Source: Dimargaris cristalligena
Taxonomy: Eukaryota
NCBI GenBank assembly: GCA_003614675.1
Contig: ML002258.1
Coordinates: forward strand, 1-55,540
Direction of reading: 5' to 3'
DNA length: 55,540 nucleotides
Part shown: positions 33,542-47,416 of the stretch, piece by piece
How the letters are laid out: every line of letters starts with the position of its first letter
How positions within the stretch are numbered: the first letter of the stretch is position 1
The notes under the pieces: model-generated
The model's input: only the letters and a program-made list of their open reading frames with translations
Databases searched by the model: none
Told to the model about the DNA's origin: nothing
Program-made: the position numbers and the translations under genes

Positions 33542-35118
33542 GGCGGAGAGGAGTAGGGAGAGGTGGGGTAAGGAGCTGGAGGAGTTGAAGGACTAAAACT
33601 AGAACTGGGGCTAGAATAGGGAAGGTACTGTGGTATGTAAAAGGGGGGAAAGTGCGGAAAGGGAAGAGAGGTAAAAAGTTCAGTGGAAAGAAGTACAGGA
33701 TATGCTATGATATATAAAGAGCAAAGCTGATTAGGGTCAAGGAACAAGGACAGAGAGAGAGGGGTCTGGCTGTATGCGTGGTAACCTAACCGCAGTCCGC
33801 CCTTATTAAATAGCCTTAGTGGGGGTGCATAGAGCGAGTGGCTCTGGCTCTGCTTAATGGTGTCCCTAGCAATCCCACCATCCCTACTCTCCCAGTTATG
33901 CAGCGTCATGGGAATGGCCGAAGCCCTTTCGGAGTGGATCCAGGGGCGGCGGCCTATTATCCCCTCTGCTTTCCCCTGTGGGAGTCCGGCAATTAAAAGA
34001 GAGAACGGGTGGCTGACGCGGCCGCTTGCTTGCTCCTTCCTCCTCTTCTATTCCCTCAAAATATACTGCCTTGCCTTATTTCCCTTGTATGGTTTCTAGG
34101 CCATGCCCACCAAAGCCGCAGTGGGGGTAGTGAGTGGATGGTGTGGTCAAGTCAGGTGACAAGTAGAAATCCCTCATGTGAGTCCAGAATTGGGATAGAC
34201 ATATTACTTACTGGCAAGGGCCAGGATGGAACCACACTAGGCGAACCCTAAGTTCCATCACCATCATCAATTAATACGGCTGGTTTTTGAGATAGCGTGA
34301 CTGGTGGATCATCCCCATTACAGGAAAGAAGGAAGGATTGTGGATGATGTGCGCGGAATAACCCCTCCACTGTATATCCACTATAGCGCGCAAGTTCGGC
34401 GAAGCCCCTCCTCCTCCTACTGCATCGTTTGATCCGCAGTGGTCTTTCGATCAACGCTGATCCTGAATAAAAAGCCACAGTCAAAGTGGCCTCTATATTG
34501 GCTAAGCGATATAATACTCTCAGTCCTTTAACCCTTTCCGCTGACTCATTTCAGTTGAACAGATACCGCTGATTATTACGATACACAATTGCAGCATTTC
34601 ATCAAACCGGCGGCGTTTCCCCATCTTAAAGCTATCCATCCCGAGTGGTTAGTGCGGTGGACCTTCTTAGTCTTGATAAACCCGCCCAGGTAGAACACCA
34701 CCACCCTACGATTTCGGAGAATAAAGTGTGTATATATACAAAAAGGAGCGGCTGAAGCCACTGGGCGGCCCCGTCGTCGTATTGGAGAAGGTGGAATTGG
34801 CCGTCTGGGTGTGCGAAGTAAACGATGCTAGTTTCAGCAACCGGTGCTCGTCGTTGCCCACACAACCCCCACTCTATACCTCCTCTGAATGTGGAAAACG
34901 GGAGGAATGTCCGAGCTCTCCCCAGCCCACCTCAGTCGAAGGCACTCCTTATTATTTATGGGAATAAGCTTCCCCGCCGAATTTGCGTATAGTAGCTCTC
35001 CCCATTCAGTCAGGCATTTTTAACGGCTCTCCCTCCCGCCACATTTCGCATTGAGTTCCTGCTCCCAGCCCCATTAGTTGCCCCTCGCTACTGTATTGCT
35101 CTTCCCCACCTTGTTCTT

Positions 35119-36288
35119 ATGAATCACGTCCGATCTTTAGTTCGTCGGGTTCTTCGCAATATGACTGCCGTACCACCCAAGAGCGGCGTTGGTCACCCCC
35201 ACATTCTATGGATCGACTGTGAGGTATGTGGTCCGAATCCCCCTCCCCTCCCCCCATTCAGACCTTTTGTCCATCGAAAAATAGATGGACACCTCTGAAT
35301 TTATTACACGGACGCAGGATATGAGGTCGACGAACTCAGCTCCGTGAATTACACCAATTCCCCCCCCCCGTACAGCCCACTCAATTTAATCTCCCATCTC
35401 GACCCTTACTTAACCGCCCCCACCTGTATTAGATGACCGGTCTAGACTCCAAAAAGGATAAAATCATTGAAGTAGCCGCCATTGTAACTGACGAAGACTT
35501 GAATATCCTCGAGGAGGTAAGTTGTCGCATTAGTAACGCCCTTCGATCGACAACCCCTAAACAAAGCCAGTGGAATTAGGACATCTTAGACCAGGAATAG
35601 TAGGGCCAAAAAGGCTGGTGAGTACAACTTCCCATTTCTTGCCTAAGCATCCACTCAGCCAAATACATTCTGCTGACTCAATGGTTTTCCTAAATGCCAT
35701 CATTTATAGGGCCCCAGCCTGGTCATTAACCAACCCAAGGCATTACTCGATAGCATGGACAACTGGTGTACCGAACAACACGGAAAGGTAAACTTAAAGA
35801 CTGATTCATCCCAACCCCCCATCCCTCCCACTGAAGGAGGGGAAGGTGATTCGATAGGCATTATTGATGATAAACTCGCCAATACACATCAGGTCATCTA
35901 AGTTACGCCAATTTCTACTTCTCCGCTCCTTTGCTGAGCACCAAAACACCGAGAAATCCCTCTCCATTCACGTTCACCCCACCACCACCAATCCTTTCAA
36001 ATTCCCTCCCTTATTTTATTTTTTTGCCTGACCACCATGACCCGTGTGATCCGTACGTAGACGGGCCTTACGCGATCCGTTCTCGAGTCGCAGGTCACTA
36101 CTGCCCAGGCCGAACGGGCCCTGTTAAAGTTCACCAAACGCCATTTCCGGACCCCTCGCGTGGCTTTACTCGGGGGTAATTCCGTGCATGCCGACCGCCT
36201 GTTTCTGGCCCAGGAAATGCCGAAACTCATTGGTCATCTCCACTACCGGTTAGTAGGTAAGCCAATCACCACCCCCTTCCCTCCCACC

Positions 36289-36321
<33 letters not shown>

Positions 36322-36956
36322 TCACGTAAATAGAGGGAGAGAGAGAGTACGCACACACATACACATACATTTGGTACATCTCTTTCATTCCGGCCTACTA
36401 CCACCGTAGCCTTCGTATTGACAGGTAAAATATTTATTACTGGCCGAATTATGTACCCTAATGTTTCTCTGAACGCTATTAATAGACGTTAGTAGTGTCG
36501 CCGAACTTTGCCGGCGATGGTACCCCGATGAAAGCCAGGCCATGCCTAAAAAGAAAGCCACCCACCGGTAAGTCCTCTGCTTTAATTCCATTATGCTGGT
36601 TAGTAGTGAATGATGGTCCCCTACTCCTCGCTCATAATTTCCCTGGCCCCGATTATGGCAGTGTGAACAGCAGATTGATGCTATTGATGACAGTTTACTG
36701 TAAATACCAGTGGATGGCCGATAAATTTGCCTCAATAGTTAGTTTGGGGTGTAAATCGATTAACCAGTTCATCAGGGGTGAATAATACCATTCACGAACA
36801 CTGATATATATTATAATTGATATACCATTTCAAATCATGTATTATCTGGAGGGGGGGTGTTCATCTTGTCCGCGTATCTATAAATATAGTGCCCTGGACG
36901 ATATCAAGGAGAGTATTGAGCAATTACGCTACTTACGTCAAAATTATTTCAAATAA
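35119..36956 (+). CDS. REX2: Oligoribonuclease (REX2/Orn, DEDDh), 6 exons (35119 or 35161-35223, 35433-35516, 35710-35787, 36061-36256, 36486-36567, 36890-36956)
   Basis: Spliced translation ILWIDCE|MTGLD...[10 protein letters not shown]...|GPSLVI...[14 protein letters not shown]...[13 protein letters not shown]...[20 protein letters not shown]...[20 protein letters not shown]. All introns are GT-AG and phase-consistent. Confidence 0.95.
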
Positions 36957-38241
36957 ATATCCGATCATCTATCTTATTTTACATTGATTAAAGAATATAA
37001 ATTCTGCAAACCAAACCGCAAAGTATAAAATAAAGGATTATTTTTATTAAATAGACTCAGGATGAGGTGTGATCTTGAGGCCAAGTGGAATCAATGGACA
37101 AAATTGGGGACACTAATGATTCCTCATATTATGGTGAAATCACCACAATTTTTGAAAAAAAGGAAAAACAATAAAAAATGAGAGAGAGAGAGACAGATAT
37201 ATGTATTTAAATATAATACGAGAGAGGTCGCGGGGACAAAATTAGACTGGCTATGTAGTAAATAATAAGAACGAGAAAAAAAGTAAATATTGGAAGATAC
37301 TATAGAACGTCCAACCACGCACACACACACATATAAACCAACTTCATAAATCAAAAGAAATAACAGCTGGAAAACAATGTAAATGGATACACAAGAGGTG
37401 AGGGCGGGGAACATAAACCAGTGGTGAGGAATGGAGTTGAGGTTCGACGTTTTTAACCCCATTATTTACAAGAAAAACATATTGGAATCGTGTCCTTTAT
37501 ATCGCTCATTCTACCAAAGACCTCAATCCTCTCCCTCCCACCATACATTACCCCTTTATACCAAAGTTAAGGTAGGAGGAAATAAAAGTGGGAGGGGGAT
37601 ATTGGGGACAAGGTCACTTGTAGAAGGCACGAAATAAATATAAAAAGGGAACAATACGACCAATTCAATATGAAAAATTAAACGACACGAATGAGAAAAG
37701 GGGGGAATAAAGAGATATTTCGCCACATTCTCCAAATGGGCATCTCCCATATATACATAAAAATATAGGAGAAAAAAGAAAAAATCACAACAGCCGCCAG
37801 GGGAGTGGAATGGAAGAGATCCAGGCCTGAACACATAAATAAAGAAATGAATGGTTAAATGCCGGATGCAGATGAAATGGAGGATGATGTGATAATGCCA
37901 AGGGGGTGTTGGTCACGCACACATATATAAAAATACATACATGTGGAACCATGATAAAATGCCGAAAACAGGAGAAGCTTGGGTGGAAGAGACAAAATGC
38001 AACGAAATAAAGAGAAAGAATGGACATGTCAACTTTTCATAAAGACGCGTATTATATAGTATACATATATATATCTGTATCGAGAAACCGACTAAATAAC
38101 TAAACTAGAGAAACACAGGGGGGAAGTAGATGGGAAAAAGAAGCCAAGGAAACGGAGCGATAGCTACGGGGAAATATATCCCGACAAAGATGTTAGAGGG
38201 GAGTGGGAGGATAAGAATCATATTGCTTAGCCCACCAGGAT

Positions 38242-40522
<2,281 letters not shown>

Positions 40523-42676
40523 TACGAAACGAGATCGGACTGAATACAGGAAGTTGAAGTGGCTTAAAAAGCGGGGGGAGGGTTTAGAGAAAGAGAGTAT
40601 CTAACACAAACAGATGAAAGAGACAAAACGGATAAGACTAGACTCAACACTAAATAGACGAGTATTTACGTGGATTAGAAATATATATCACTCAGGACAA
40701 GAAGAGTCGACTGAAGAGATTGGAGTGATGAAAGAGGAAAAATAAAAGGAAAAGAGATGGGATCAGGACAATGCAGGCGAGTGGCAGGTATATAACACGG
40801 GGATGGCGCTTGGAAAATTTATCGCGGTAGTGGTTACAGTGAGGGGAGTGGAAGGGGATATTCTTCCTTGGGTTGGTAAACTAACCAACTGTATGCAGTA
40901 GTGTATGTGGATCGTGGATGTGAAGGTGGAGAAGGGGGAAATCCCCCCACCATACGGACAAAGGCCTATTGGTATTGGCCCATTTGCCTATATGCGCGAA
41001 TCACGGAAAAAAAATCCCCCTTGGGATTATTGGCCAAGAAGGGGGAAAGTACCACCACTTACATAGTAAAATGACATATCCCTTTCCTCCCCTGCTGTCC
41101 CTTGATCTATACTCTCTCTCTCCTTTCTTTGGAATATCTCTCTTTCTGGGCTGGGCCAGGCCGCCGAGGCGAGTGGTGCATGGCCGTATATCCAATGGGC
41201 ACAGTCCGATGGATACAAAGCAGCCTCCTGTTTATTAGCATTTATAACCCATGTCGTCATTCCCACAGAGCGTTCGATGGTGCGATAGTCAGGAGAGCCG
41301 CGTTAGAGAAACAATGGTAGGAAAGAGGGTGTGCTGCTAATAACCAACCTCCCCCAACACCGCCTCGTAGATTATTAATTGTTTCCCAATCCCCCCATAT
41401 ACTTTACCAATACTCCCCCCCCCAAACTCGAGATAAACTACGCTTTTCTACTCTAAGTGGATCAATTTAAAATAGAAAATTATGCACCCACTTATTCCAC
41501 AAGTGCAGCCAATTGTTTGGACATTCTCTCGTACGCCGAGGCATGATAAGATGCAGCGAAATGGAAAGAGGATTGATTGGTACAACCCATCGCCAACTGT
41601 ACCTAAACTAATCAATCTCAAATCCAAAACTCACTATATATATATATAAGTCACGGGACCTATAGTATTCACACGTGACTCGAAGGCCTAGCCCCTGATT
41701 CAAAAACTAGCAAGAACTGAAAGCAGCGTCTGGCTAACTAGACTAGTTTGTTAGTAGGTGGGAGTGATAACTGCGCCTGATCAAGCCTGGGGCATGGAGG
41801 TCTTAAACCTAACCCTGCTGTGTGAAATCACCAATACCTAATGCCATTGGTGGAAATAAATGGGCGGGTTTCAGATAGACAAGACACACATCCCAAATAT
41901 GGAAGGACGCATGGCACGGCTCGGTGTTGCGTAGAAATGTAAGGACATATACGCTACCATTGGGGGAAATGGCTGTAAGCACAGCGCGGTCTTGGTCAGT
42001 TGGACATGCATTATTAATGATAATGATAATATTAATAGTGGCTATAGATTTAAATTTAGATTTAGTGCAGCGGAATAGATTTTAGCTGAAAAGTGCATGT
42101 GGCCTAGGTGTGATGCCTGGGGTATCTTTCGCACATAGTTGTTGCCACACCTCTTGATCCTTCCTATACGGGGAATGGCCTGGCTGCGTACCCCCGGGAT
42201 GGACTAGTAAGTAGCATGTGTCCTTTTTCCTCCAATGAAATGAAATGAAAAGCCGAGCGAGTATGCCTACTAGAATAAATAGATATGAGATATTATATCC
42301 TTAGAATAAATAGGTATGCTATATCATCATCTGCGCGGGCGCCTGTTGCATATAATTATTTAGGGTTTTACCTGCTCTCTGCTTGATTTTCCCAGCCAGA
42401 TTTATTCCATCTTTCGCATATACTCTAAAAGACAAGGGCGGGCGGGTTACAATTGCCCCACTCTTCCCACACCCCCGTGTATGCTGCTGTCCAGTCTTTC
42501 TCTTTCTCTTTCTCTCTCTCTCTCTCTATCTTTCCTGAGATCTCCTTTTATCCCGTTGACTTTATTCACCCCCCTGTATTATTTACTTCTTTTGGCACAC
42601 TGGCTTCTTTCTTTTGAATTTAGTTGGTGAGTTCTTTCCATTTATTTTCCCTTATATATATCTCTCTCTCGCCACC

Positions 42677-43234
42677 ATGGTCAAATTCTACCAGCAGACC
42701 CATGACTACGAGCACCCCTGGTCGCGCGTCACCGTTGCCTTCTGGTTGCGCTACCCGAACCCTTTTGCCGCCCATGTTCTCTCCACCGATGTCATTGACC
42801 GCCACGTCGACCCCAACGGCGTCCTGCATACCACCCGCCTGATCCTCAAGCGGGGCAATGTGCCCCGCTGGGCCCGCAGCTTCATGAAACACAACGAGGC
42901 CTTTATCCTGGAGCAGTCCCACATTGACCCGGCCACCCGCACCATGGTGTCCGTGTCCAAGAATATCTCCCACAAGCGGGCCATGGTCATTGAAGAAACC
43001 CAAACCTATACCGTGGCTCCCACTGACCCGAACCACCGCACCCGGGTCAAATACGAGGTACGCTTCCTGTCCAACCTGGGCTGGGGACTGACCTCCAAAA
43101 TCGAATCCTTCAGTCAGAAGCGCTTCGCCGATAGCTCGTCCAAGAGTCGTTTGGGCATGGCCTATATCCTCGAGAAGCTTCAGGAAAAATCGAAGCTGCC
43201 GGGCTACCTTTTCAAACCGCCCCAGGCCGCCTAG
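42677..43234 (+). CDS. UPS1: PRELI/Ups1-like mitochondrial intermembrane lipid transfer protein, 185 aa
   Basis: GCCACCATGG start at 42677. MVKFYQQTHDYEHPWSRVTVAFWLRYPNPFAAHVLSTDVIDRHVD is the PRELI signature. Confidence 0.92.
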   Translation: MVKFYQQTHDYEHPWSRVTVAFWLRYPNPFAAHVLSTDVIDRHVDPNGVLHTTRLILKRGNVPRWARSFMKHNEAFILEQSHIDPATRTMVSVSKNISHKRAMVIEETQTYTVAPTDPNHRTRVKYEVRFLSNLGWGLTSKIESFSQKRFADSSSKSRLGMAYILEKLQEKSKLPGYLFKPPQAA

Positions 43235-44088
43235 GCGTGTGGACCAACAGCCACTCCTATTACTACTCCTACTTCTAGCCCATTATGTCCCCCAAGCAAC
43301 GAATTACCAGCGCTTTCCCCTCCCGGATCAACCCCCCTCCCCACCCGTTTCTGGCCTTACTTTAGGTTGATGCCCTGGCTGCGGCTCTGAAGGTCGATTC
43401 TCGTGGCCTGACTCCGCCCCGGATTCTTCCGGTCCGAATTCCTATCCCTGACCGCATGCCGCACCAGCCCGCAATATTCCATCCCTTATGCCCTCGGCTC
43501 TGACTGAGCGTGTATTATGCTATTTTTTTAAAAAAACAAAAAGATAAAAAGAAAAAGCAGGGTGTTTTACTAGGTAAACTATCCGTTACCTACCACATTT
43601 AATTTTGATGTTCCATTGTTTTTTTAAAAAAAATCTCATTTTTGCCCATTCCGGAATCAGCCGCAACCAGTGGATTCCTTCTCCCCTATCGTCCTGTACA
43701 ATATAAGCCCCCCTCCCTTCCACGCATCCCTTGATTCCTTTCAGTCGATATTAAACTAATTGTTAGCCGGGTTGGTCCGAATTGATCATTTAGGCTTGGC
43801 TGGTATCACGCTGTCCCATTTAATCCATCCGTGTAATTGTCATTGCTTGAGCCGATTCGGGGTGGTTTCATTATTCCGGATCGCTATTTATTATATTTAT
43901 ATAAAAACTCCCATCCTCCTTTGGTATAGAGAGACTCAAATATACATATATTCCAAGCGATAGGCCAGAGATGACGTGTACCCTGGATGCAAATTGGGTA
44001 TACATTTTAGGTGAGGGGCGTTGTACACACATGGTTAAAGAGATATGTTGGGTCTATTTACCATTTGGCGACTCCGTCAATAATAGGC

Positions 44089-46365
44089 TTATTCAATGAT
44101 AACCCGGTCGTGCTGTGGTGGGTGGGGTGCCGATGAAGTACCTGTATAGTCTTTATCTGCAAGTTGATTGCTTTCATCGTCGTGGTAGGCCACATGGGCC
44201 AGGCTCCATTCCTCGATATGGCCATTTTTATCCGCCGGTTGCTGGGTTATTCCCCGACTTGTCGGTGCCATTTCTACCAGGCTATCGTCTCCTCCTCTGC
44301 ATCCATTGGTTCGGCTGTCGCTACAACCGGGGGTACCACGGCCATCCTCTTGGCCAGAGTTGTTGTCATCGTTGGGCCTGGTCTCACCATAAGATCCCGT
44401 TCCGGGGGGCAATGTTGGACGTTGATATTGGTGTTGGTGTAATGGGTTGGCCGGCGGATAACTAAGCCGGGCCGACGACGATCCATCCACTCGCCTATGG
44501 CATCCCTGACAGCTCAGTCCATCCGCCGCCAGCTTGACACAAAATTGGGCCAAATACTCCTCACGGTCAAAAAGGCTACCCCCCCCCCAGATCAACGAAT
44601 AGGAAAAATAATAGTCGGGTAAATAGGCGATCAATCATTAATCAATTGTAACTTATGCCTCCGCTTGAATGGGAAATTACGTCGATACAACTGGCTAGTT
44701 TCGTTATTTATACCAAACGCACAGTTAGAAATATTCAATTGTAAATTATCCTTACTAGCCGTAGAGAGGTGGCCCGATGCCGATCCAGATAAATACGTTT
44801 ACGGCGACAATGGTCTGGGTAGAGTATTGGCCATATTTTCGAAGTGCAAATTATAAATTGGCATTCGGATTAACACACTATGTAGTAAGGGATGCCTCAG
44901 ATTAGACCAATATTATATATATATATATTATTAATAGACACTTACTATAACATTCATAATGAATCGACCCCACGGACTTGTGCAAGATTTAGGCATCATA
45001 TTTTTTTAAAAAACAAAAACTTATTTAGCGTCGTAAAGCAGATCCACATTCCAATAACTAATGAAAGTCTCGCCCATAGCCTATTAATCCCCATATTTAC
45101 TGAGTTTGATCGGACATTGCAATGGTACTTACTAAATAACGGCCCGAAATACCCCCATAATAGCCTGTGCAATTACTAGTAGGATAAACGCGATCGAACC
45201 AAACGTCGTTTCTCGGTAATCATTGTAGGTGGCCTCGATATGGCGACAGAGGTAGTTGAGGCACTATAGAATGAGTGAGTAGTAGTAGTAGGGGTTTACA
45301 GATGTATTTCTAAAAACTCAGAATAACTAATCGTATACCCCGAAATGCAGGATGGCTTCACAGTATTTGCCCCAAAAACCCCAACTGCTGGAAAAGTAAT
45401 TAATCGGTTCACAGTAGTCCAAAAAAAAAATCGGCTTACCAATAAAACGATAATGTGGATCATCACATCAACAACACACAGGGCGGAGTACATTAACGAG
45501 TAAACGCAGTTTCCGGGATTGGGGTAATGGGTGGTACTCACTAGACGCGGCGAAGCCGTGGCACTCACCAAAACGAGGGCGGTAGGCACGCCTAGTAGGA
45601 TAGGGAACAGGTAAAACCGTCTACTCTGCCGTAAGGGGTACCGTAGGACGAGTAGCCAGTAGAGCAGGTACAGTCGGTAGGCTAAGATGGTCATGTACAA
45701 ATCAAGCCCTAGGCCATACGCCAGCCAAGGGCTGATGAGTACGCACACGGCCCGCGGTAGATTGGGACGTCCCGTGGTGAGGGAAGTCAACACTTGGCAG
45801 ACCCAGAATAGAATGCCACCTAAGGGGGATATAGGAAAGTAATAGGAGGGCCGGCCGCCGTAATCATTTAACATTCCGAAGGAGATGGTGGTATGAGGAC
45901 CTATCAAACCTGGTGGTTTGTTATTAAATTACTGATGCCTCCCGCGAGGTGGGGTTTATTTTTCCAAACATATAAAAATGGGTGTATAGTAGTAGTAAGA
46001 AGGAGATGGCACACCTTTCTTCTTTACTCCGAATCGTAAATTATATATCGATATATAAATATATATATCGTCTATCCTGGCGTAGATATGATTAAAGTGT
46101 AGGGGCATACTCCACATACCGGTCACTTACAAGCTAGCATAAACCCCAGTAGGCGCAAGTTCCGGGTGCGAAAGGGCGGGAAATGGTGACGGCGGAGCAC
46201 GATCCATCCGAATATCACCACAGTGAAGAGGTGCCAGGCCACGCCCGAGACCACCATGACCAAGTCCCACACCCCAAAAAGGTCAACCATGTCGCTTTCC
46301 TCGACCACTATTACATTGCCGGCGGGGGCCGGTAGCGTGCCATCCTCCGTTAATGAAGGTGTCAT
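44089..46365 (-). CDS. Multi-pass (7TM, GPCR-like) membrane protein, 5 exons (46365-46131, 45819-45440, 45263-45153, 44877-44756, 44575-44089); in-frame TAA at 44853-44851, possible pseudogene
   Basis: A series of hydrophobic helices (AWHLFTVVIFGWIVL, GILFWV, WLAYGLGLDLYMTILAYRLY, FYLFPILLGVPTALVLV, YSALCVVDVMIHIIVLL, FGSIAFILLVIAQAIMG, TIVAVNVFIWIGIGPPLYG|YLFDREEYL), then a polar tail. Phases fit only with a weak GTATTT donor at 45152 and one internal stop. Confidence 0.65.
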
Positions 46366-47416
46366 AAAAATGGTTCGAAAATAAATGTGGAGTATAGAGC
46401 GGAATGTACAATGCTAAATAAAATCAGAGGAATTGAACAATAATGGCGTTTTTTGTAGAAGAATTCAATGTGATGTAATAGAACAAAGCAATCGGAAATT
46501 GGCGGAGGCAGGGGATTCGGAGACCAGTTCGTTTATGTAGTGTGTAGGCTATAGAGATCGTCGACCGAACCCCTTCGTATGGTTGCCTATTCAGATAGTG
46601 GCATACTTTCACCCCTCCTTTGACGCCAACATTTTGAGTTTATTACATTTTCCTTTCTATATTACAAAGTTAAGTCGGTTTAATACATACTTAAATGATT
46701 GTCGGACTTTGTGACGTAGAGGAAACCCATTACTTTCAGGACTATGCGAATGAAATGGAAGCAAGGAAGTTGACTGATAGGTTGTGTTCAAATCGCCTTC
46801 CAAAAGAATCTAGTAGACGGTATGGTATAGCGCCATTAACTGCTGTTCAAGTGAGGTGATAGACAATAGGCCCATATGGGGATAGTAACGACAGTACAGG
46901 TCCAGAGAAGCCGAGGTTAATGAGTTTTATAGATGAAAACAACGCCAGTATCAACCGACGCAAGATATCCAGCGAATGTTAAGTTTCTACTATTGTGATA
47001 AACCCGAGTGACTTTGGTCCCCCGTTAATCGAAACACAAGCCCTACCACTTTCCCACCCCGCCCATGCTACTGAAAATTACACATCCTAGAGATAGTTAT
47101 ATAGTAGCGGGCCAGTATGTGCGTATCATTGTAAACATGACAAGCGTAACCATTGGGCAGATGAAGTGAATGAGAGAGAGAGAGAGAAAGTCTAGGCGGA
47201 CTGCCTGTTCCCAACTGTGTTACCCTCAGTAGTACTCAAGTGCCTGGGCCTGAATCCCCCTCAATTTACCGACCAACTCCATTGACCCATCCGTTACGGT
47301 CCATCGCTTCATTAACCCTAGCATTTACCCACGGGGACTTCTCCCAGGGTCCTTTTCCATGTACACTCTCGTTCACCTCATCTTCTACTGGAAATTGCCC
47401 AACTTTACATTTCTAA

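Noticed and set aside
35863-35937. TGATGA...CTGA pair in REX2 intron 3 (C/D snoRNA candidate)
   Set aside because: No terminal stem, no clear C'/D' boxes and no convincing rRNA-complementary guide.
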